Part shown: piece by piece, positions 25,801 to 37,402 of the stretch
How positions within the stretch are numbered: position 1 is the first letter of the stretch
Layout of the letters: the number at the start of each line of letters is the position of its first letter
Source: Oculina patagonica
Taxonomy: Eukaryota
Length of the DNA: 64,000 nt
Direction of reading: 5' to 3'
Assembly (NCBI RefSeq): GCF_052425735.1
Contig: NC_135763.1
Coordinates: 7,688,001-7,752,000, forward strand
Notes under the pieces: generated by a model
Databases searched by the model: none
What the model was told of the DNA's origin: nothing
What the model saw: the letters and a program-made list of their open reading frames with translations, nothing else
Position numbers and translations under genes: made by a program

Positions 25801-28800
25801 CATTTTACTCTCATAGTGCCTCTTTCCACCCAGGTGTATAAATGGGTACTGGCGAATTAACTGCATGGGGTAACCCTGTGATGGACTAGCATCCCATCCA
25901 AGGGGGAGAAGAAAAACTCCAAGTCGCTTCATGCTACAGATACCGGTATAAGCTCCAGCCTGATAGGCCATCGGGCCCGAACGCAGACTTGACCATTTTT
26001 ATCCTGCCTATCTGCCCCAGAAACATTTGTAAGGTAGCATTTATGTCAGATCACGAACGAAATTGTCATACAAGTTACCTAATATTGTGTAATTGCGCCC
26101 AGAAATACTCGTAACGATAAAGTTTTTACTTTTTGTCAGATCACGAACGAAATTGTGAGACAAGTCATGGAAATGAAAGGATTCTACAGTCTTGACAAAC
26201 CGGGAGACTTCACCAACATTGTGGACATTCAATTTGTTGCAGCCATGATCCAACCCGGTGGAGGTCGCAACGACATACCAAGTCGACTCAAACGTCAGTT
26301 CACCATCTTAAACTGCACGCTTCCTGCAAATGCTTCCATCGACAAAATCTTCAGCTCCGTCGGTTGCGGCTACTTTAACACCGAGCGCGGTTTTTCTGAT
26401 GAGGTGCAGAAAATGGTAAACCCTTTGGTTTCGAGCACCAGGAAGTTGTGGCAGAAGACAAAGGTTAAGATGTTGCCGACACCAGCCAAGTTTCACTACA
26501 TTTTCAATTTGAGGGATCTTAGCAGAATCTGGCAGGTATGAAACAGAACGCTATGTGAATTTGCGCTTTACAAGAGCTGGCATTTAGTTTTGCAAGCTAG
26601 ACACATTGTCAATCACAATACACATGAATAGCGTAGCAAATTACCAATCAGATCTCTAAGCTTAAACGTGCCACCGATGGCATGTCTGGGAAAGTTGCGT
26701 AAGGCACACGATTGATTTGAAGCATGTTTCGCTGAACACGCTCTGTGTTTTGATTGGTAAAATCACACTGCACGAGTTTAGCGGCGAACAAATTACCGAG
26801 ACATTAAAAAGATCAAAATTGAAGTAGACAGATCACTAAAGTGATCTTGGAAAAATTATCTGTTAACTCGACTAAAACTCCAGTTGTACTCTTTACGTCT
26901 CGTTGTTGAAAACAACCCCCACAAAAACAAAACAAAATAATTAAAAGAAACCAAAAACAAAGCAAAACAAAAGAAAAAACAACAACAAGAAGTGTTGGAT
27001 TCAAAAATCGTTTTCTTTTTAGCTTTCGTGGTTTCGTTCTGAGCATCAGTTCTTTGTTTGAGAGGCACGTACTTTGCAAACACCCTTGTGTATTACATTT
27101 ACCATAAGTGACGTTCATTTGACATAAGTGACGTTCTTATAAAGAGTTGAAGTTTTTTAAGTGAGCGAGAAAAAAAATTTCAGGTAAGATTTCTTTGAAA
27201 TCTATCACCAGGGCATGTTGACTGTGACGTCTGAAGTGGCCACAACTCCCGCCATACTCCTGAATCTCTGGAAACACGAGTGCAATCGAGTTATTGCCGA
27301 TCGCTTCACGAACCAGCAAGACAAGGATTGGTTCGAGAAGACGCTAAGACAGCTTATCGAGGAAGATTTTGATGCGGACACAGCCAGCTTAATGGATGCG
27401 GAACCCTACTTTGTGGATTTCTTGAGAGATGCCCCAGAACCAACTGGTATGTCAGATGTATTAGCTGTGAAAAAGCAAAACAAAAAAACAATAGCTGTGA
27501 TAGTCCTAAGAGTAGACTCAGATTACTCAAAACCTGTATCACCCGATTTTGAATTTTCGCCCTAAAGTAAAAACCAGTCAGAGACTCTAAACCTGTATTA
27601 CCCGATTTTAAATTTTCACGCCAAAATTAAATCCGTTCCGAGTCACCACGCAGATCTTTGTTCAACTTCGTCATCAGTATAGAATTTTTACTTAAATTTC
27701 TGACGTTTCTCTAGATTGAGCGCGCAGAGAGACGTGTTTGTTTACTTAGAGTATCGCTAGAGTAAAGCCCTCATTATTTTGTAAGGGTAGCGTTGTTAAA
27801 ATAATTGTAAGTACATGGTCCTTTTATTCTAAAACATACATAGACTGTGACGTGTGTGTGTAACATAAGAACATGATTGAATGATTTAAAAGCCGCTTAA
27901 TATCCGTAAAGAAGAAACTGGTTGCCTTTTGTACAGGCTTTTTTGTGTTACTATTTGCATTTGTAGCATTTTGTCAACTAGAATATTCAACCCAAAGCAG
28001 CAAGTAACGATCACAAAGTCAGTTGTAAACAGGTTCATTGATTTGTTCACTTGTCCGCTTTTATTAGCACCACAATTTCTTTAGAGACTTCTCACAAGCT
28101 CGACACTCTATGCTGCTCTTTCAACAAAGTGTTTTCAATTTCAGTACCCTACAACGCTTTTTTTCTATCATTACTCTATTTAGTTTCGTGCCAAGCTCGA
28201 TATTGAGCCTTGCCCTCTAACCTACACTTAGTCCCTACAATTCTTCACCACTTCCTTCCTTAAATCTTATGTTATTTACCAAGACCTTAAACTGTTGTTT
28301 GCAGTTGTTAACTTTTCTTTGTGTCATTGGCATCTCTTCTTGTTCTTTTCGTTCACATTTTCTCTCCAGTAATCGTTGGAGAGGAAAGCAAAGATAACAA
28401 AGGCAAGAAGGATGGCAAAGCTGGAAAGCAGAAAGGACCCGTGAAAGGTTCTACTGCCGGGCCAAGGGGCCCAGGTAAATGTACCTGCCCTGGTCTTACT
28501 ATTCTATTTCTACTAATTCTTGTCTGTTTCTGACACAGCACAGGAACTGAACTGGTTTCACCATCTTGTGTCTTTAAATGTTCTGACAAATCTACTCTAA
28601 GAATATGTCCTCTTAAAAACCAGAAAAATTAACGTTCCAACATCTTGTGTTTTTAAATGCTCACTATCCTTCTCTAAGATTGTCTCCTGTCAAAAACCAG
28701 AAAAATTCACCTTTCAACATCTTGTGTTTTCAAATGTTCACTCTTTCCTATTCTAAGAATATCTCCTCTCAAAAACCATAAAAATTCACGTTCCAACATT

Positions 28801-31800
28801 TTGTGTTTTTAAATGTTCACTCTATCCTTCTCTAAGATTGTCTCCTCTCAAAAACCAGGAAAAACTACGTTACAATATCTTGTTTCTTTTAATGTTCCTT
28901 CTTTCCTACTCTAAGAATATCTCCTCTCAAAAACCAGAAAAATTTACTCCTACTCGTAGAATTATTAGAAGCTACTCTCAATCCTGTTTACTATATTATC
29001 TCTTTCTTAAAGGTTCACACAAGTCCTTTCTAAGATCAGAATATCTTAACTTTGATTCATCCCTCCCAACAAGAATTTTTTCCTGCCCAATCCTCCCTTT
29101 TCAATACCTCAATAAGCTTTCAAGCGTTAGAATCGTTAGCCTCTTGTGCTGCCATCAATTTTGCTCATAATGGTATCTCTCTCAGTCTTTAATTGTGCAC
29201 ACGGCACCATACACCAGCTGAGACGTTTGTTACCTGACTCCTGGCCGTGAGGGTTTATTGGGTCCTCTCAGCCATCTTTTCAGTTCTTCTCAACTTTCTA
29301 AATTCTTCTTTAATCTCTTGTTTTGTATGCTATTGTCTAATATTGTGCCCTTTTTACCCTCAGTAAGCTATCGTGCTTAAGCACTGCATCATCAAAGACT
29401 ATCTGATGTTCTCGCTTTTCGTCTGTTGGCGAAACTTGACGAGTTTTCTTTCTTTATTTCGTGTTACCGGCCAGGAGTGGCACTTAATCAAATTTTGCGT
29501 CCGCGGAAAAAAACAGATGGATAGTACTCGTCCGTGAATTTTTTTAAAAAACTAACGGGCCTACAGACAGAAAAACCCCACTAAAGTCACTGCATTGAGT
29601 GGGTTTCTTGTCTGGTTTTGTTTTGTTTGTTAAATTTCGGCTTTCCAAGGTTTTGTGCCTCTGAGAATTGAAGGGGGTGGGTCATAATCAAAATTGTACG
29701 GTACTTCACGTTGGTGTAAACTAGCTTAAGGAGCATCACTAAACCTGTTTGACTGGCTGCAGGTGATGAGCCCGAGGATGCAGACCTCGAGGCACCAAAG
29801 GTCTATGAACCTATCGTGTCACTAGATGGTCTCAAGGAGCGGCTGGGAACCTTCATGTTAAGCTACAATGAAATGGTCCGCGGAGGTCACATGGACCTTG
29901 TGTTTTTTAAGGTACAGATCTTATCATTATTTCGTGTCTTGCACGTTTCGAGCCTCGATTTTAACATAAAGATGGCTCTAACTTTTAGGTCTGTAGATGA
30001 AACCCTTGTGTGTGACCATTTAAATGAAAGCTATTGAGCAGTACGTTCATGTGATACTGTTAATTGTGCTCTGATAGACGGCTGTAACTTCTACTTGCGC
30101 CTTTCAAAAGCAGAAGATATGCGTGCGTTGATATGTGTGATATATGTTGAGCAGTTCTTTTACGTGATACTTATACCTAATCGTACCTTTTTGGTACGCT
30201 TCGGCGGCATATCAGGCGAGTTTGGTCGAGCCATGGTTCGTATTTTGGCGAGACGCAGTCGAGCCAAAATACCCATGGCGAGACCAAACGAGCCTGATAT
30301 GCCGCCGAAGCGTACCAAAAAGGTACTATTAGGTATTTACCGTACCCAAATTCAGCCAAAACTCCGGTGATATTATTCGCTCTGTTGAAGCCATGCTTGC
30401 CAGACACGTAGTGCAAAATGTGTTGACCTGCTTGTATTGATACTTTTTTGGTCTTCAACACTTTTATCAAGTCCTCTTCTCACATTTTTTTACTCGTTTG
30501 TTTGGAGTTTCATTCCCTAAATTTTCAAAATCCAAATTTAGCGAAAAATTTAGAAACTCCGACTCCATTGTTTCAGTGTGAATGTTTCAGTACTCGTCGG
30601 CAAACATCGCGCAATTGGCGAGCGCGCTCAAGTTTAGTTTTGGCGGGAAAGTTTTTCTCATTTTACGACCGGTAAGCACCAGTTAATTAAAAATACTCGT
30701 TTCTGTTTTATTGGTAAAACCTCTTTTCAATTCATCGTACGGAAACACTACTTTAATTTAAAGTGACCGTGATATGGTGGCATATCAGGTCAGTGACTTG
30801 ATATCGTAGGATATCAGGACAGTAGATCGCGCTTCTGATTGGCTACTTGCGAATTTGGGTACGGTAATGTTTATTATTCGGTAAAAGGTGGCTCTAACTT
30901 TTGCTTTCGCCTACCAGGGCAGTAGATTTCTGAGTTATGATAGCAGTTTTAATTTTCTCTTTCACCATGCATTACACACGTTTTACATCCCCAATGTTTA
31001 TCTTTCTAGGATGCCATGGTACATCTTGTCAAGATTTCTCGCATAATCCGCACTCCTCGAGGTAACGCTTTGTTAGTGGGCGTGGGAGGCTCAGGCAAAC
31101 AAAGCTTGACGCGACTGGCTTCATTCATTGCTGGATATAATATTTTCCAGATCACTTTGACAAGGTAAAATAAAAGAGATACTGAGATAAGTTATCATGT
31201 TTTCAAAACAAGACTGCTTACATCACGAGAATTGTAACTAGGCATTTTCAGTGAGGTTTGGTTGAAGTTTTATTTTGTACTTCAATGGTTATGTGGAGTA
31301 CAAAGACTTTTTTAAATTTGTTTTATTCACAAAACGAAACACTACGACGCCATAACTTATAACTTATTTGCTTTCCAGGTCCTACAACGTGTCTAACTTG
31401 ATGGAAGATCTCAAAGTACTGTACAGGACTGCTGGACATCAAGGAAAAGGAATCACGTTTATATTTACAGACAACGAGATCAAAGATGAAGGGTTCTTGG
31501 AGTACATGAACAATGTGATAGCTTCAGGAGAGGTGTGGCGAGTTTTTCAGACTATAACATTTCATTGTTACACTAGCCTATGTAACATCTCTGTTTAGCT
31601 GCCGCGAGATAAGTTGGACGAGTTATACTTAGTGTAACACCCCTTAGCCTGCGTCGCAGACGAACGAAACCCCGGTATTGTCAAATACCGAGATTTTGTG
31701 ACACGTTCAGCTGCAATGCAGGCCAACACCCCTAGGCGATGTGTAAAAAAATTGTTGCAGCCTTGCCGTTAGGCTCGATTTCCAGCCTTGCCGTAAGCGT

Positions 31801-34800
31801 TGCGAAAGAGAGAACTCCATTCTAGTTCGTGGAACTCTTTCAACGAGAACGTCCTGTGACTAGTTCACTTTTACATGAGGAAAAGCATCGCAAAACTACT
31901 GTCAGAACAAACTCGAAAGAAAAAAATTGCCTAGTATACACTGCTAATAGTTCTTGCACAATCACTATTTTTTGCTTTCAAAGAATCGAAAACCGCTGTA
32001 AAGTAAGAAAGATAATAATAACTATTTGATAGAACTGTTCTATTAAATAGCGTTAGTGAAATTGTAACATAAATGGAATTATGACCCGAGTTGATGACGT
32101 TTCGTAACATGCTTTATATTATCAACTTAAGGTGTCCAATCTGTTTGCCCGAGACGAGATTGATGAGATCACACAGGATCTGATAAGTGTCATGAAGGCT
32201 GAGTATCCAAAGAGACCGCCAACCAATGAGAATCTTTATGACTACTTCATCACCCGCGTCAAGAACAACCTGCATGTCGTGCTATGCTTTTCACCAGTAA
32301 GGATTCCATTTCCTTTATTTTCCCTTTTTTTGCATTACACTTAGAGACTGGTAGACCTTTGCCTGTAAGTTTGGTTTGTAAGGCAGTCTGTCTGACTGTT
32401 TTGTCTGATGTTTTGTTCCCCTAAAGAAGGCAGCATTGCCGAAACGTCGGGAATAGTTTTTTTGACTACAGCGTAGTATTTCATTTTTATCATTTATACA
32501 GTCTGTCTAACTGTCGGTCCGTCTGACTGGCTGACTGATTGTTTGATCGATCAATCAATTAGTTAGATTGATCGATTGACTGACTGACTGATTGATTGAT
32601 TGTTCGATTGATTGATTGATTGATTGAGTGACTTTTGGATTGACTGACTGACTGATCGATTGATTGATTGCGTGACTGTTGGATTGACTGACTGATTGAC
32701 TGATTTATTGATTGAATGACTTATTTATTGACTGCTTGCTTAATTGATTAATTTATTGCTTGATTGCTTGCTTGATTGGTCAGTTGCTTGCTTGCTTGAT
32801 AATTTAATTGATTGATTGTTTTCTAGGTGGGAGAAAAGTTCCGCAATCGTTCTCTGAAATTTCCCGGACTGTTCAGTGGTTGCACAATGGATTGGTTCAG
32901 CCGCTGGCCTAAAGATGCATTGATCGCGGTCGCCTCGCACTTTCTGTCCTCATTTGAAATTGTTTGTTCTCAAGAAACCAAAGTGGCTGTTGTCAATACC
33001 ATGGGTATTATACAGGTAAGCTGTGGTTGCGAGAGATCAACTGCCGAAAACTGTAACAGAAGCAGTTGTAAACGTTCGCCTAATTAATGGAATTAAGACG
33101 GAATCCGCCAGGACTACTACTCGTGAGATTTTACTTATAGTTCACACGGTTCTTGTGAACTTTGAAATTCTTTTTCTCAGGTTCTGATAAGAAATTGTTG
33201 TTGGTGTTATCACGGATAATTACTTACATGTTTAGCTTTTAAAAAGGGTAGCGAAACATAACGCAATAGGATTTTAAAAATTATTCTGGTACTCGATTTT
33301 TGTCCAACTGAAATTAATATTACTCATTTTCCTGATGGTTTCCGTCTTAAACGTTTATGACCCGGAACTAAATATTGGAAAGCAATTTTAGAAACTTTTT
33401 AAAGATACAGGATTAGAACTTAAAAACTTGAGTCTTGCATTTTCAAGCTTGTCCATTTCGTAATCAATTTCCTCACTTGCTACGAGCTTCCAGTAGATTT
33501 TTGACTACTTTTCTAAAAATCAAATCCCATTTTTAAACATTAAGATGGTTTCCGCACAATTTTCGAGCAATACAGGCAAATATAAAGTTACCAAAAAGAC
33601 CTCTTAGCATGGCAACAGTTTTAGTACAGCTAACAAAAACCTGCAAAAAATTTAGCACTCAAGCTGACCCCGCGAGAGAAAAATGGATTTGAAGTTGTCT
33701 TTTTTTCAGTTAAAACGGACGTCTTGCGCCAGTTCAAAACAAAATGGCGCGCGTTTAATACATTTTTTCGAGGTTTGACTTTAATTTTCTCGAGAATGCT
33801 TTAGAATTTAATTGCGGGGTCACTAAGACAAATGAATTTCGATGAGATCTTTTAAATAGTATACAAAATGTTGCCGTGCAATGAGTAGATTTTTGGTACT
33901 TAATTTTCGCACTCATTGCTCGAACTTTCAGCGGAATCCGTCTTAATATGGTTTTTATACGAGCGGGAGACGCGGTGGCCTTATGATTTGCGCGCTGGAT
34001 ATAGAGCAAGCAGTCTGGGTTCGAGCTGTGGCTAGGGACATAACGTTGTGTTCTTAGGCAACACGCTTTACTTTCATAGTGCCTCTCTCCACAGGTATAT
34101 AAATGGGTACTAGTGAATTTAATGTTAGGGGATAATCCTGCGATGGACTATCATCTCCCACCCAGGGAGGAGTAGAAATATTTCCAGTCACTAAATGCTA
34201 CAGAAACTGGGATAAGTTGGAAATATTTGGGCAATGTATTACCCCACGCAGATTACCTTACATCGTATGATATCCTATATAACTGATATCGTATGATATC
34301 CTTATAACTGATGTTTTTATTCTTTCTTTATTCAAGGACAACGTTGCAGAGACTTGCGTCCAGTACTTTGAGCGCTTTCGCCGCCAGACTCACGTGACCC
34401 CCAAGTCATATCTTTCTTTCATCAGTGGATACAAAGGAATCTACAGAATGCAACACGAGGCGATTGGTCTCCTGGCTAAGCGCATGAACACCGGTCTCGC
34501 CAAGCTAGTGGAAGCGAGCGAGTCAGTGGCGAAACTTTCTGAAGAGCTCGTTGTCAAGGAGAAGGAACTGGCTGTAGCCTCAAAGAAAGCAGACGTGGTA
34601 CTGCAGGAGGTGACTGTCAGTGCCCAGGCTGCAGAGAAGGTCAAGTCACAGGTTCAAAAGGTCAAGGACAAGGCACAGGCTATTGTTGATGAGATTGCGG
34701 TGAGTATATGATTGTTTTCTGTCACACTCGTCACGCCATTTTAAGCACATTCTGTCACGCGATGTCATTCTTTTTAGGCCTACTTACGCACTCAACCACG

Positions 34801-37371
34801 CTATGTATATGTTTAGAGCATTCTGTCACGCACGCCAAGTCACGCCATTTTACGCTATAAATGTCACGCAAGGCAGCGCGTTACTTCTGTCCCTCTAGGT
34901 CGCGCGTAACTCTTGTTGTCAGTTTTAAAATACGTTCTTCATTTTGCTCATTAATTTAATCTTTGTTCTCTTTTCATCACTGTGCTTCTTTTTAAATAGG
35001 AAGATAAAGCAGTTGCAGAGGAAAAGCTTGAAGCTGCCAAGCCAGCTCTAGAGGAGGCTGAGGCCGCTCTGCAGACCATCAAGCCAGCGCACATCGCCAC
35101 TGTTAGAAAACTGGCCAAGCCGCCTCATCTGATCATGCGCATTATGGACTGCGTGCTACTGCTGTTTAACCGGAAAATTGACCCCGTGACTGCAGATCCT
35201 GAAAAGCCTTGTTGTAAGCCGTCCTGGGGTGAATCTCTCAAATTGATGAGCGGTGGAGGCTTCTTAAACAATTTGCTTACATTCGCAAAGGTAAAACTTA
35301 GACGACTTCTTTTAAAACGGCCTTCACACAACATACTTAAGTTGGCAAACTAATGTTAGTGTATGTGAACGACACAACAACAGTTGGCAGACAAGTTGGC
35401 AACTGTTGGCTGGAATAGAGACAAATTACAGTTAGCCAACTAGTTTGCCGTAATGGCGTCGTTCACACACCAATTTGAGTTTGCCAACACGAGTTGGCCA
35501 TGAGCTTGTCGTGTGAAGGCCGCTTGAGGTTGCCAAGTACATTTCAAACAAACAAACAAATAAACAAAAACAAAACGCAACAAAAGATTATGCATGCTAA
35601 CAAAGTTGTTTCCACCTAGCAAAGTTAACAAAGTTTTTTCCACCTAGGATTCCATCAACGAAGAGACTGTCGAGCTGCTGATGCCGTATCTCGAGATGGA
35701 AGACTACACCATGGAAAATGCCAAGAAAGTTTGTGGTGACGTAGCAGGGCTCGCGTCTTGGACTAGAGCGATGGCCTTCTTCTACGGAATCAACAAAGAA
35801 GTTCTTCCTCTTAAGGTGACGTGAATACCTTCGTTCTGGACTGATCTTGAGCATGCCGTTAACGTTTGACAATACTCACCCAAACCCCACTCACCCCTCC
35901 CCCCACATTTTCAGAATTTGGTGTTTTCTCTACTGAATTATCTTTGGACGTCGATTCGCAGGCTATACTTTTTGCAACTCACTTTTTATCGACCCATAAC
36001 TCCAGTATCCAGTCAGTTTTTGAAAGACAAAATATCTTGGCATAATTTTCCACCCCCCCCCCCCCCCCCTGCGCTTTCTCTCCCCTATCTGAAAATGAAT
36101 ACTTTGGAAAACAAGAAAGGTGCTTTGGAACATTATGTTATGTGGTGGTTTCCCCGTAGACGTGCAAGGACATTATAATAACTACCTAAGTATGCAAACT
36201 ATTATGTCTGTTATGAGCATCGCACTGTATTGAACAAAACTTCAGTGTTCTTGTAAGCGAACACTTCACATATAATGTTGTGAATATATTTCAAATATAT
36301 ATGTGTATTTCGTAATTCTAGGCCAATCTGATCATCCAAGAAGCTCGCTTACAGAAAGCGACAAGTGAGCTGAATGACGCTCAGGCGCAGTTGGACGAGA
36401 AACAGCGTGAACTTGACGCGGTACAAGCTAAATACGATCAGGCTATGCGCGACAAACAAACGCTTGTTGATGACGCCGAGGCGTGTAGGCGGAAGATGGC
36501 CAACGCCACCGCACTGATCGATGGATTGGGAGGCGAGAAAACAAGATGGACTGAACAGAGCAAGAAGTTTGATCAACAGATTCAAAGGTGTGGTTCCTGT
36601 TTGAGCTGTTTTCTTTGGGTAGGGCATGTCTTTTCTTGGGTTGCTTAGTAACAGTGATGCTGTCACTGTCAGCAACTTTATCTAGCGTTCCTTTAACATT
36701 CAGAATCGTCAACTTCGTACATTGTCATTTAGTAACCGAAAACGAAAGTTAATCGTTCAAAACATATCTTGAAAATCAATAGACCCATGTTTTTTTTTTT
36801 TCAACTTTGGACATAGCATAGCTTGCGTAAATCCATCAACACCGCTAGAAAGAGCGCGTTTGATTCATTAGACTTGGCAAGTTTTAGAGTGATATTCTAA
36901 AAACTTAAGAAGATGTAGCTCCGTAAAGACGCCAAATATTTTACAAACATTTGTATGTTGAGGGGATTTTGCCCCCCCCCCCCCCCCCCCCCCCCACCGT
37001 ACAAACGTCTGTAAAATTTCTTGACTTTGCAGAGCTATATCTTCACTTGTTTCTGACATATCAATCTCAAACTTGGCAAGTTTACTAATTGTAAGGCGTC
37101 CTTTTCAGCAGTGTGAAAAAAAAAAAAAGAATTTTCGCTAACTGGTCTGTGCCAAAAGTTTAGAAAAACTGTGGAAGGGTCTATTGCATATTCTCGCTCG
37201 CCGTGTTCAGTGGATAGGGTGTGGTGGAAGGTCGTGAATTTGACACCCATCGGGGACTCAGAATTTTCATTTGTCCAATGCTCTTGACAAAGCGAATACG
37301 GTTACGTATTAACTGTTTATTCCTTATTGTTAAGGTTGTATTCTATTCTAATCGCAGGATTGCTTTACCCG

Positions 37372-37402
<31 letters not shown>

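Noticed and set aside
27178-27189. TTTCAG|GTAAGA recursive-splice-like motif
   Set aside because: Only 28 nt from the real acceptor, too short for an intron, and preceded by an A-run rather than a pyrimidine tract.
27982-28128. Two further possible micro-exons (27982-28003 and 28085-28128) that together keep frame
   Set aside because: Weak splice sites (GTAACG, GTGTTT) and no compositional signal; likely chance.
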